DNA from: an uncultured delta proteobacterium
GTDB lineage: Bacteria; Desulfobacterota; Binatia; JACPRU01
Assembly (NCBI GenBank): GCA_963745025.1
Contig: CAVUWD010000006.1
Location: forward strand, 64,001 to 128,000
Direction: 5' to 3'
DNA length: 64,000 bases
How positions within the stretch are numbered: the stretch's first letter is position 1; each line of letters begins with the position of its first letter. Below are positions 31,093 through 39,718 of the stretch, one piece after another. The notes under the pieces were generated by a model. That model was given only the letters and a program-made list of their open reading frames with translations. It did not search any database and was not told the origin of the DNA. Both the position numbers and the translations under genes were made by a program.

Positions 31093-32319
31093 TCAGCGCT
31101 TCTCGATTCCCCGCAGCTCGAGCCGGTAACGCCGAAGCTCCGGAAACACGAAGCCGACGATCGCGACCACGACGAGGCTCGCCACGCCTCCGCTCACCAC
31201 CGAAAACGTCGGGCTGGTGAGCGCGGCGACGAATCCCGACTCGGCGGCGCCGAGCTGGTTCGACGCGCCGATGAAGACGAGGTTGACGGAGCTCACCCGC
31301 CCGCGCAGCTCGTCCGGCGTCGTCAGCTGAATGGTCGTGCTGCGCAGCACCACGCTCACTTGATCCGCCATTCCCACCGCCGTGTACGCGGCGACGGAGA
31401 GCGGAAACGATCGGGAGAGCCCGAACACGATCGTCGCAACCCCGTAGAGACCGACGCTCGCAAGCAGCGCCGGTCCGGCGCGGGTGATCGGCGGGAGCAG
31501 GGTGAGCACGAGCGAGCACACGATCGCGCCTACGTCGAGCGACGAGGCGAGAACTCCGTAGCCACGCGCCCCAACATGCAGGATGTCGGTGGCATAGATC
31601 GGCAGCAGCGCCGCCGCCCCCCCGAAGATGACCGCGAGCATGTCGAGCGTCATACAGCCGAGCACGACGGGGTGGCTGCGGACGAACGACACTCCTTCGC
31701 GGATCCCCCGCCAATCGACTCGCCGCACCGATTCCTGCGCAGGCGCGCGCAGACGGGCGAGCGCCACGAGAGAGACGAGGACCAGCGTTGCCGACGCCGC
31801 GTACACCGCGCCCACGCCTGCCTCGGCGATCACGAAGCCGGCCGCCGCGGGCCCCGTTGCGAAGGCCAGCGACCGGGTGGTCGATGCAGTCGCGACGGCG
31901 TGCGGGAACCGATCGCGCGCGACCAGCCCCGGCAGCATCGCGGCGCCGGCGGGGTTGTCGAAGGTCGCCGCAACGGAGATCACCAAGATCACGGTGTAGA
32001 GAAGCCAGAGACCCGCCGTCTCGCGGCTGGTCACCGCCCAGAGCAACAGCGCACAGCAGAGCGGCGCCACCTCCGCCGTGATCATCACCCGCCGCCGGTC
32101 GTGAGAATCCGCGACGGCTCCACCGACGAGGCTCAACCCGAGCGCGGGCAGGAACTGCACGATTCCGATCAGCCCGAGATGAAATGCCGATTGCGAGACG
32201 GCGAAGACCTGCCAGGCGATCGCCGCGCGCAGCATCGTCAGCGCCGTCGCCGCCGCGAAGCGGGCCGTCAGATAGAGGCGCAACGGCCCGGAAGACCCCG
32301 GCGAGACCGTCGAACTCAC
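31093..32319 (-). CDS. MFS transporter (MFS_3/EntS-like)
   Basis: GGAVADSHDRRRV, FDNPA and TPDELRGRVSS. GTG start overlaps the methyltransferase stop. Confidence 0.88.
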   Translation of the reverse strand: MSSTVSPGSSGPLRLYLTARFAAATALTMLRAAIAWQVFAVSQSAFHLGLIGIVQFLPALGLSLVGGAVADSHDRRRVMITAEVAPLCCALLLWAVTSRETAGLWLLYTVILVISVAATFDNPAGAAMLPGLVARDRFPHAVATASTTRSLAFATGPAAAGFVIAEAGVGAVYAASATLVLVSLVALARLRAPAQESVRRVDWRGIREGVSFVRSHPVVLGCMTLDMLAVIFGGAAALLPIYATDILHVGARGYGVLASSLDVGAIVCSLVLTLLPPITRAGPALLASVGLYGVATIVFGLSRSFPLSVAAYTAVGMADQVSVVLRSTTIQLTTPDELRGRVSSVNLVFIGASNQLGAAESGFVAALTSPTFSVVSGGVASLVVVAIVGFVFPELRRYRLELRGIEKR

Positions 32320-33125
32320 GCAGGCCTGCGCGCGAAGATCTGGACGAGCGCGAGCCGTCGTTCGGCGACCGCCTGGTCCCGCTCCGAGCACTGCGCCTGC
32401 CAATCTTCGAATCGACGTCGTTCGACACCGCGCGGCTCGCTCAGGATCTCGGCGACGCGCTCGCCGACGATCTCGCCGATCGTCGATCGCTCCTCGCGGA
32501 GCGCCTCGGCCGCGACGGCTCGCGCGTCCGTGAAACCCGCCGCGCGCAGCCCCTCGAGATAGTGCTCCGCGGTCTCGTAAGCCGCGGAGGATAGCAGCGG
32601 CGAGCCCTCCGTCCGCACCCATTCCTGCAGCGCCACGTGACCACCCGGCCGCACCACGCGGAAGACCTCTGCGAAGACGGCCGCCTTGTCGGTCTCGAAA
32701 TGAAGGGCCTCGGCGCTCCAGGCATGCGTGAAGGAGGCGTCTTGGACGGGTAACCGGGCGAGAGCGGCAAGCCCGACCGCGACTGCACTCTCGAGGTGGG
32801 AGCGCCGCACCAAGAGCCGACTCGCCGCCGCGCGATCGAGGCTGCCGTCGAAGGAGACGACGGCACAGCCGCGTCGGCGTGCCAGCCAGCGGGCAGGGCC
32901 GCCGAGACCGGAGCTCAAGTCGAGCACGCGCTCGTAGACGCGGAAGATGCCGAGCTCGGACAGGCGCTCGAGCAGCTTCGCTCCGGTCCCCTCCGGATGA
33001 TCAAGTCCGAAGAACGGGAAGTCGCGCGGAGCGGGAGTCCGCCGCGTGATTTCGTTGGTGACCGACGCGAGCGCGGCAGCGAAGCGGCGCGGTGCGGCGA
33101 GAGCGTACGGTCGAAGGCGGTCCAC
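32316..33125 (-). CDS. Class I SAM-dependent methyltransferase
   Basis: VLDLSSGLGGPARWLA, LPVQDASF and EVFRVVRPGG. Confidence 0.8.
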   Translation of the reverse strand: MDRLRPYALAAPRRFAAALASVTNEITRRTPAPRDFPFFGLDHPEGTGAKLLERLSELGIFRVYERVLDLSSGLGGPARWLARRRGCAVVSFDGSLDRAAASRLLVRRSHLESAVAVGLAALARLPVQDASFTHAWSAEALHFETDKAAVFAEVFRVVRPGGHVALQEWVRTEGSPLLSSAAYETAEHYLEGLRAAGFTDARAVAAEALREERSTIGEIVGERVAEILSEPRGVERRRFEDWQAQCSERDQAVAERRLALVQIFARRPA

Positions 33126-33148
33126 GGCGGCCTTCGATTATGCGGGGT

Positions 33149-34132
33149 TCACAGGAGCTTCGCGAGGACCGCCGCAACCGCCCAGCCGATCGCGCCGCAC
33201 ACCGGGAACGTGAGGATCCATGCGGTCACCACGTCGCCCACCACTCCCCAGCGCACCGCCGACAGCCGTCGGGAGGATCCGACCCCCATGATCGCCGTAT
33301 TGATGGTGTGGGTCGTGCTGAGCGGAATGCCGAGTCGCGAGGCGAGCTCGATCGCGGTGCCCGCCGCGGTCTCGGCCGCGAAGCCGTGATACGGCTCGAG
33401 TCGGGCGATCTTCATTCCCATCGTGCGGATGATCCGCCAGCCGCCGACCGAGGTGCCGATCCCCATGGTGATCGAACAGAGAAGCACGACGCCGAAGCTC
33501 GGGTGGAACTCCGGCAGCACGCCGCCGAGCACGAGCGCGAGCGTGAACACGCCGATGAACTTCTGCCCGTCGTTGCTGCCATGACTGAAGGCCATGAACA
33601 CCGCCGAAAAGACCTGCAGCCGGCCAAAGACCGTACGGACGCGCCCCGGGCTCCAGCCCCGGCAGATCCATACGATCGACCAGATGAGGAAGACGCCGGC
33701 GAAGAAGCCGAGAAAGGTCGAGAAGAGAAGCCCGATCAGTACCTTTCGCCAACCCTCCCAGAGAAGCACCGACGGCCCGGCGGCGGCGAGCCCCGCGCCG
33801 GAGAGGCCTGCCACGAGCGCGTGGCTCGAGCTCGTCGGCAAGCCGTAGTACCAGGTGAGGACGTCCCAGACGACGATCGCCACCATCGCCGCCGCCACCG
33901 TCACCAAGCTGATCGCGTGAGCGTCGACGATTCCGTTGGCGATCGTTGCCGCAACCGCCGTTCCGGAGAAGGCGCCGACTGCGTTGAACACGGTGGCCAT
34001 GACGATGGCCACGCGTGGCGAGAGCACGCGCGTCGACACGACCGTGGCGATCGCATTGGACGCGTCGTGCCAGCCGTTGACGAATTCGGCGGCCAGCACG
34101 AGCAGCAACACGAAGAAGAGTAGCGCCGTCAC
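33149..34132 (-). CDS. pit: Inorganic phosphate transporter, PiT family
   Basis: NGWHDASNAIAT, GLPTSSSHAL, HGSNDGQK and GIPLSTTH. Confidence 0.93.
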   Translation of the reverse strand: MTALLFFVLLLVLAAEFVNGWHDASNAIATVVSTRVLSPRVAIVMATVFNAVGAFSGTAVAATIANGIVDAHAISLVTVAAAMVAIVVWDVLTWYYGLPTSSSHALVAGLSGAGLAAAGPSVLLWEGWRKVLIGLLFSTFLGFFAGVFLIWSIVWICRGWSPGRVRTVFGRLQVFSAVFMAFSHGSNDGQKFIGVFTLALVLGGVLPEFHPSFGVVLLCSITMGIGTSVGGWRIIRTMGMKIARLEPYHGFAAETAAGTAIELASRLGIPLSTTHTINTAIMGVGSSRRLSAVRWGVVGDVVTAWILTFPVCGAIGWAVAAVLAKLL

Positions 34133-34168
34133 CCCAACGTCCCGCCCGCTCCCCTCGACGTCCGCGCC

Positions 34169-34798
34169 TCAGGCGTACTCGAGCGCCACTCCCTCGAGCA
34201 CGTTGGCGACATCCTCGCACCGATCCACCGCGTCCTCGAGGTAGTCGAAGATTTCCTTCCACTTCATCACGTGAATCGCGTCACGCTCCTCGTTGAAGAG
34301 CCGCGCGACGGCCTTGCGGATCAGCTGATCACCCTCGTTCTCGTAGCGGTTGATCTCCATGCAGGTGCGGATCATGCCCTCGCGGTCTTTGAGGTTGCGA
34401 AGCTGCGTCATCGCCTTATGGACCTCCGTCACGGCGTTGATCAGCACCGAGACGAGGTTCAGCACGTCGGGATCGGGCTCGCGCAGCTGGTAGAGCCAGA
34501 CACGCTCGGCTGTGGAATCGATGAGGTCCAGAATGTCGTCGAGGCGGCTGATCAGCTCGTGGATGTCGCCGCGGTCGATCGGGGTGAGAAACGTCTTGTG
34601 CAGCATCTCGATCGCGCGGTGGGTGATCTGGTCTCCTTCGTGCTCGATCGACTTAATCCGCTCGGCATCTTTCTCCGCTTCCTTCGGGTCGCTCAGCATG
34701 TCGCGAAGCAGGCGTGCCGCCTCCAGAGTCTTGGCCGCGTGGCGCTCGAAGTAGTTGAAGAACTCGGTTCCGCCGCGCGGGAAAAGGCTGGCCAGCAT
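34169..34798 (-). CDS. DUF47/PhoU-like Pit accessory protein
   Basis: IEHEGDQITH, TFLTPIDRGDI, ENEGD and LEDAVDRCEDVA. Adjacent to pit. Confidence 0.92.
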   Translation of the reverse strand: MLASLFPRGGTEFFNYFERHAAKTLEAARLLRDMLSDPKEAEKDAERIKSIEHEGDQITHRAIEMLHKTFLTPIDRGDIHELISRLDDILDLIDSTAERVWLYQLREPDPDVLNLVSVLINAVTEVHKAMTQLRNLKDREGMIRTCMEINRYENEGDQLIRKAVARLFNEERDAIHVMKWKEIFDYLEDAVDRCEDVANVLEGVALEYA

Positions 34799-34897
34799 GG
34801 ACCTCTCCTGTTTCGAAAGATCATGGAAACAGACGATGGCGCTCCCATCCGGAGGGAAGCATCCGGACGGGTCTCTACCATTCCCAGGCGGACGTCG

Positions 34898-35797
34898 CTA
34901 CTGCGGCTTCGTCGCCAGCCGATCGAAGACCTCGATCAGTGCTTGCGTCCCGCCGTCTCCCCAGCCAATGGCGGCGACGGCGGAAAAGAGCTGCTGCACG
35001 AGCGCAACACCAGGTAACGGCAAGCAAAAATCCTCAGCTGTCTCGAGGATCAGCCGCAGATCCTTTCTCGCCAGGCGTACGGGGAACCCCGGCGCAAAAT
35101 CGCGCTCGACGATCTTCGGACCGAGGTTCGTGAGCTGCCAGGAGGCCCCTGCCCCCGCCCCCACCGCCTCGATGACTTTGCGCAGATCGAGGCCCGCCTC
35201 TGCGCCGAGCCGGATCGCCTCGCAGGTGGCGAGAAGGTTACCGAGCACGGCGACCTGGTTCACGAGCTTGGCCGACTGGCCGCTGCCGACGGAGCCAACG
35301 TGGGTCACACGCTTGCCGAGCGCGTCGAAGAGCGGCCGACAACGCTCGAACACGGCCGCCTCGCCACCCACCATGATCGACAGCGTGGCTGCAATTGCGC
35401 CGGATTCCCCTCCGGAAACCGGTGCGTCGAGATAGTCCACGCCTCGTTCGCGCAGACGCCGTGCGAATTCCCGCGTGGCTCGCGGCGAGATCGTGCTCAT
35501 GTCGACCACCACGGAGCCCGCGTGGATGCCCGCCGCCGCGCCGTTCGCGCCGAACACGACCTCCTCGACGTCCGCCGTGTCGGACACCATGGTGACGACG
35601 ACGTCACTCAGGCCGGCGACCTCACGAGGGCTGCCCGCGGCCTGCCCTCCCGAAGCAACGAAGGCCTCGAGGCGGGCGGCGCTCCGGTTGTAGGCGACGA
35701 CCGGAAAACTCGCGCGCAGCAGGTTCTCGGCCATCGGGCGCCCCATGATGCCGAGCCCGATCCACCCGATGCGGACAAGGGGAGCACCACGTTCCAT
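34898..35797 (-). CDS. NAD(P)-dependent beta-hydroxyacid dehydrogenase (3-hydroxyisobutyrate DH/tartronate semialdehyde reductase family)
   Basis: IGLGIMGRPMA, DAPVSGG and GSGQSAKLVNQ. Confidence 0.9.
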   Translation of the reverse strand: MERGAPLVRIGWIGLGIMGRPMAENLLRASFPVVAYNRSAARLEAFVASGGQAAGSPREVAGLSDVVVTMVSDTADVEEVVFGANGAAAGIHAGSVVVDMSTISPRATREFARRLRERGVDYLDAPVSGGESGAIAATLSIMVGGEAAVFERCRPLFDALGKRVTHVGSVGSGQSAKLVNQVAVLGNLLATCEAIRLGAEAGLDLRKVIEAVGAGAGASWQLTNLGPKIVERDFAPGFPVRLARKDLRLILETAEDFCLPLPGVALVQQLFSAVAAIGWGDGGTQALIEVFDRLATKPQ

Positions 35798-35832
35798 GTG
35801 CGTGGGTTCTATCGAAGCGCGCCGTCGAACTT

Positions 35833-35929
35833 AAGAGGCTACCGGCTGCAGGGCTACAGGCTACCGGCTACGCCCAAAGACTCCGCGAATCCTTTCCTGT
35901 AGCCCGAAACCCGTAGCCCGTAGCCTCTT
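35833..35929. repeat. Heptamer palindromic repeat (copy C)
   Basis: Perfect terminal inverted repeat aagaggctac...gtagcctctt, tandem GGCTAC units and spacer caaagactccgcg. Confidence 0.78.
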
Positions 35930-35935
35930 GGACTT

Positions 35936-37336
35936 TCAGAACTTCGTAATCGCATCGACCTGCCAACGGACGTCGGTATTGGGATTGCGGCCGGGCACGT
36001 CGTCGACCGGCTTGTCGATCCAGGCGGTCGAGAGCAGCGAGAAATTCTTCATGACCACGACACCGGTCTGCAGGATGTGAGCCTTGGTATTGGTGCCCCC
36101 GTTGCGGCCGAAGTCGCTGTTGGTGAACGCCGAGACCACCGCGTCGGTCTCCAGGTATTCGTAGGCGTAGGTGAAGAAAAAGTCTCCAGGGTCCTTGTAG
36201 TTGCCGATCGTGATGCCGCCCTGGTAGCCCATATCGTTGTTGCTGGCTTCGGTATTCTCGACGAAGTCACCGAACACGCGCAGCGGGAACCTAAGGTCAA
36301 AAAGGCATATCGGGATCAGCACGTCCGTACCGACGTTCAGGTCGTTGAACGCGGTGTTGAACTTGGTGATCGTGATCGGTTTGCCGGGAATCGTCGCGCC
36401 GGTCACGGGGTCCACCGTCGGCGCCGTCGTACCGTTCTTGTTCGGCCCCGCCTTCGACGGGTCGACCGGCAGTCCGCCGACGACCTCGCCGTCCGACAGC
36501 GTCACGAAGTTGGTGATGTTGAGCGAGCTGTTGGTGTTGCGCGCCACCGCAATCGAGCTCGGGTTGTTATAGTGGTAGTCGGCCACGCCGACGGTCCAGA
36601 GCGCATCGCCGAGAGCCGCGGTCCCGAGGCCCTGGAAGCCGTAGATCGCCGCCTCGCCGGTGTTGCTGTTCTCCTGGAAGATCCACTGCCCGAGGTTCAG
36701 CGCCAGAGTCCGCAGGAACCCTTCCTTCTCGTCGATGACCTTCAGGCTCTCGTAGAAGCCCTCCGGCGTCAGGTCGGCGTCGAAGACCAGCTGATTCGGC
36801 GTCGGCGGCACGTACATCGGCTGGTCGAACTTGCCGCCCATCAACGTCACCCAGGGGCGCTCCAGGCCGATCGACTTGTACGGCGTGAGCTTGATGTAGG
36901 CGTTGGCGATGTTGATGTTCTTGAAGGTGAACTCGTCGGTGAAGGTCTGATTGTTGGAGATCGGATCGTTGGCGTTGCCGCTCACGAGCTTGAATCCGGT
37001 CTCGAGCTCGTCGCTCGGCTTGATCTTCGCGCCGATGCGCAGCCGGAAGCGCTGGCGGATGCGGTCCGGGGTGCCGTCTTGGAAGAAGGACTCGTTGCGG
37101 AGCCGCACGTCGCCGAAGAGCGTCACCATCTTCACCCACTCGGGCAGCGCCGGGATCGATGAGACGGCTTTCTCGGTCGCCGCCTCCTGCTTCTCCCTCG
37201 CGGCCTTCGCCTCGGCGGCTTCGCTCGAATCGATGACCCCCTTTTCCTGCAAGATTTCCTCGAGCGTCCGCGCGTGCGCCACCCCGGTGGAGAGCACCGC
37301 CGCTGCCAGCCACGCACCGAGCCAACCTCGCTTCAT
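35936..37336 (-). CDS. Putative porin (Porin_5-like), copy 1
   Basis: Signal peptide, LEEILQEKGVI, FGDVRLRNE, RQRFRLRIG, FDADLTPEG, SDFG..GTN and C-terminal WQVDAITKF. Confidence 0.8.
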   Translation of the reverse strand: MKRGWLGAWLAAAVLSTGVAHARTLEEILQEKGVIDSSEAAEAKAAREKQEAATEKAVSSIPALPEWVKMVTLFGDVRLRNESFFQDGTPDRIRQRFRLRIGAKIKPSDELETGFKLVSGNANDPISNNQTFTDEFTFKNINIANAYIKLTPYKSIGLERPWVTLMGGKFDQPMYVPPTPNQLVFDADLTPEGFYESLKVIDEKEGFLRTLALNLGQWIFQENSNTGEAAIYGFQGLGTAALGDALWTVGVADYHYNNPSSIAVARNTNSSLNITNFVTLSDGEVVGGLPVDPSKAGPNKNGTTAPTVDPVTGATIPGKPITITKFNTAFNDLNVGTDVLIPICLFDLRFPLRVFGDFVENTEASNNDMGYQGGITIGNYKDPGDFFFTYAYEYLETDAVVSAFTNSDFGRNGGTNTKAHILQTGVVVMKNFSLLSTAWIDKPVDDVPGRNPNTDVRWQVDAITKF

Positions 37337-37471
37337 GGTCGCCTCCTCTCTCTCCACCAGTCGCGCACTGAGCTGGCGAACACCCCGATTGACGCCGTCC
37401 CGCCGCTACACGATGCTACCGGACCGAGTGACTCGGCCGTCCGCGAACGGCCACGCTATTCCCTAGCGGAT

Positions 37472-39181
37472 ATGACGAGCCAAGCCAAGACCGTTGACGA
37501 GCCGTCGGGGTCGTCGTCGCGTTGGCGGCAGCGAATGGCCGCGAGCGGCGTGCCCGCCTGGATGCTCGTCGTGGTCGTCGTCCTTCCGCTCATGCTGTTC
37601 ACCATCGACCTCGGCACACCGTCACTCTGGGATCCCGACGAGGGGCTTCCCGCGGAGGTGGCCCGCGAGATGCTGCTCACTCGCCAGTGGCTGACTCCAC
37701 AGCTGAACTTCGTCCCGTATCCCGAGAAGCCGCCCGCCTATTTCTGGCTGCTCGCTGCGGCGATGCGCGTCTTCGGAGAGCGAAACGAGGCGGCCATCCG
37801 GCTTCCTTCGGTGATCTTGGCCCTCGGCGGCGTCTGGCTGCTCCTCGCCTGGGGATGGCGGCACGTGAGACCGATCGCCGGCACCTTCGGGGCGCTCGTG
37901 CTGTCGACGAGCGCCGGATACGTCGCGGTTGCCCGCCTCGGCATCGAGGATGGCGTGGCGGGGTTTCTTCTCTCGATCGCGCTCTTGGCGATGAGCGAGC
38001 CCCTACTGTCGCGCCGCGCGGCGTTTCCGTGGATTTTCTACGCGGCGCTCGCGGGCGCGACACTGAGCCTCGGACCTGCAGCGCTGGTCCTGCCTCTGCT
38101 GGTCGCGCTTCCGTTCGTCGCGTTGCTCCGCGAGCCGGGCCGCCTTCTCGACCTTCGTCCGCTGCGCGGGCTCGGGATCGTTGCCGCCCTGACGTTTCCG
38201 GTGCTTTTCGCTGCCGCGGCGCGAGATCCCGACTACGTGCGCGGCCTCTTCGGCGAGCACAGCTTGATCCGCTTCCTCGATCCGAACTTCGATGAGGAGC
38301 ACTCCTACTCGCTCGGCTTTTTCACGGCGATCACCCCGGTGCTGATGCTGCCGTGGGGAATCTTTCTTCCCTGGACGCTTCGCGATTCGCTGCGTACCGG
38401 AGGCGAGCGATCGCCCGAGGCACGGCTGTTCCTCCTCGTCTGGCTGACCGCCGACGTGGCGTTCTTCTGGCTCACCGCCGCAAACTTCGTGGCCTACGTC
38501 GTGCTCACGCTCGCTCCGCTGGCGCTGCTCACCGGCCGCTCCTTGTCGCGGTTTCTACGCCGCCCGCGCGCCCAGAGCTGGTACCTAGATCCCATGCTTC
38601 TTGCTCCCGGGATCCTGTTCCTGGTGGTCCTGGCGTCCCCCTTCTTCACCAGGCACTGGCTGCAGAACGAGTATCCGATGTACGCGGACAACATCCTCTT
38701 CGGCTTCCTGCTGGTGCCGTTCGCAGCGGCCGGCATCGGCGCGGTCGTGCGAAGGAACCGCTTCGGCGCGCTCGCCGCGGTGAGCGCCTGTGGTGTGGTC
38801 ACGCTCGCGAGCCTCTATCACTTCGGAGCCGAGACGGTGACGGCGTACAACAGCATGGAGCTGCCGGCGAACTTGATCGCCGTTCGGCTGCCCTCTAACG
38901 CGGTGCTGCTCAGCTACGGCACCGCGGGCCATACCCTCGCGTTCTACTCGGGGCGACCGATCCGCCAGCTCTTGAACGTGCACGAGGCCCGCCCCCTGCT
39001 GAACGCCGACGCGCCGATCGCGTTGCTCACCAAGGAGCGCTTCTTCCCCGAGGTGCGTGCCGAGCTCGACCGCGTGCTCTACGTCTGGTGGGAAGGCGAT
39101 TCGAAGAAGGTGCTGCTCGCCAACATTCCGCCGCCGCCCGGCTCGGACCGTCGCATCCTCTTGCCCGCGCCGCCGACGTAA
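37472..39181 (+). CDS. ArnT/GT39-like lipid glycosyltransferase
   Basis: LWDPDEG..AEVAREM, YPEKPPAYFW and AAIRLPS, with many TM helices. Confidence 0.85.
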   Translation: MTSQAKTVDEPSGSSSRWRQRMAASGVPAWMLVVVVVLPLMLFTIDLGTPSLWDPDEGLPAEVAREMLLTRQWLTPQLNFVPYPEKPPAYFWLLAAAMRVFGERNEAAIRLPSVILALGGVWLLLAWGWRHVRPIAGTFGALVLSTSAGYVAVARLGIEDGVAGFLLSIALLAMSEPLLSRRAAFPWIFYAALAGATLSLGPAALVLPLLVALPFVALLREPGRLLDLRPLRGLGIVAALTFPVLFAAAARDPDYVRGLFGEHSLIRFLDPNFDEEHSYSLGFFTAITPVLMLPWGIFLPWTLRDSLRTGGERSPEARLFLLVWLTADVAFFWLTAANFVAYVVLTLAPLALLTGRSLSRFLRRPRAQSWYLDPMLLAPGILFLVVLASPFFTRHWLQNEYPMYADNILFGFLLVPFAAAGIGAVVRRNRFGALAAVSACGVVTLASLYHFGAETVTAYNSMELPANLIAVRLPSNAVLLSYGTAGHTLAFYSGRPIRQLLNVHEARPLLNADAPIALLTKERFFPEVRAELDRVLYVWWEGDSKKVLLANIPPPPGSDRRILLPAPPT

Positions 39182-39238
39182 CCAGAACTTCATGCCTACG
39201 CGGTGCGCCTGAAACACGGGTTCGGCTACAGCGGCGGC

Positions 39239-39457
39239 ATGAGTCACGAGGTGCGGTGCCCCTTCTGCTCGGCGCGATTCGATCTCTTCGAGGCGGCCTG
39301 GTGCGAGCATGCCGACGAGGAGTCGTCGAAGGTCTGCCCACAGTGCCAGAGCTGCCTGTGCCGTCTACCCGACTACAAGGAGCCTCGCCTCTGGAAGCAG
39401 GCGCCGCTCGCTTTTCGCAGACGGGGCTTCCGTCGAATCTTCGTGCGCTACCTGTAG
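39239..39457 (+). CDS. Small Cys-rich putative Zn-binding protein
   Basis: CPFC-x11-CEH-x8-CPQCQSCLC in 72 aa. Confidence 0.6.
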   Translation: MSHEVRCPFCSARFDLFEAAWCEHADEESSKVCPQCQSCLCRLPDYKEPRLWKQAPLAFRRRGFRRIFVRYL

Positions 39458-39718
39458 AGAACGTTGGTCTCGAAGCTCGCCCCGGTCCTCGTCACGCACG
39501 CGGTGAGTGCGTGAAGCGCTGGAGTTTCCGGTCGGCCCGCACGCTGTTTGCGGGGTGACCGGAAACTCCAGCCACCGCGCGGGAGCGCGGAGGCAATAGA
39601 CCACCTCGTGGGCTATTGCCTTGCGCGCTGCGCGCGGGAGCGGTCGGTCGTGATCGCCCCGAGTACGGAGCGATCACGACCGACCGCGTTCTTCGTCGCC
39701 CCGGCCGCTCGCCTCAAG

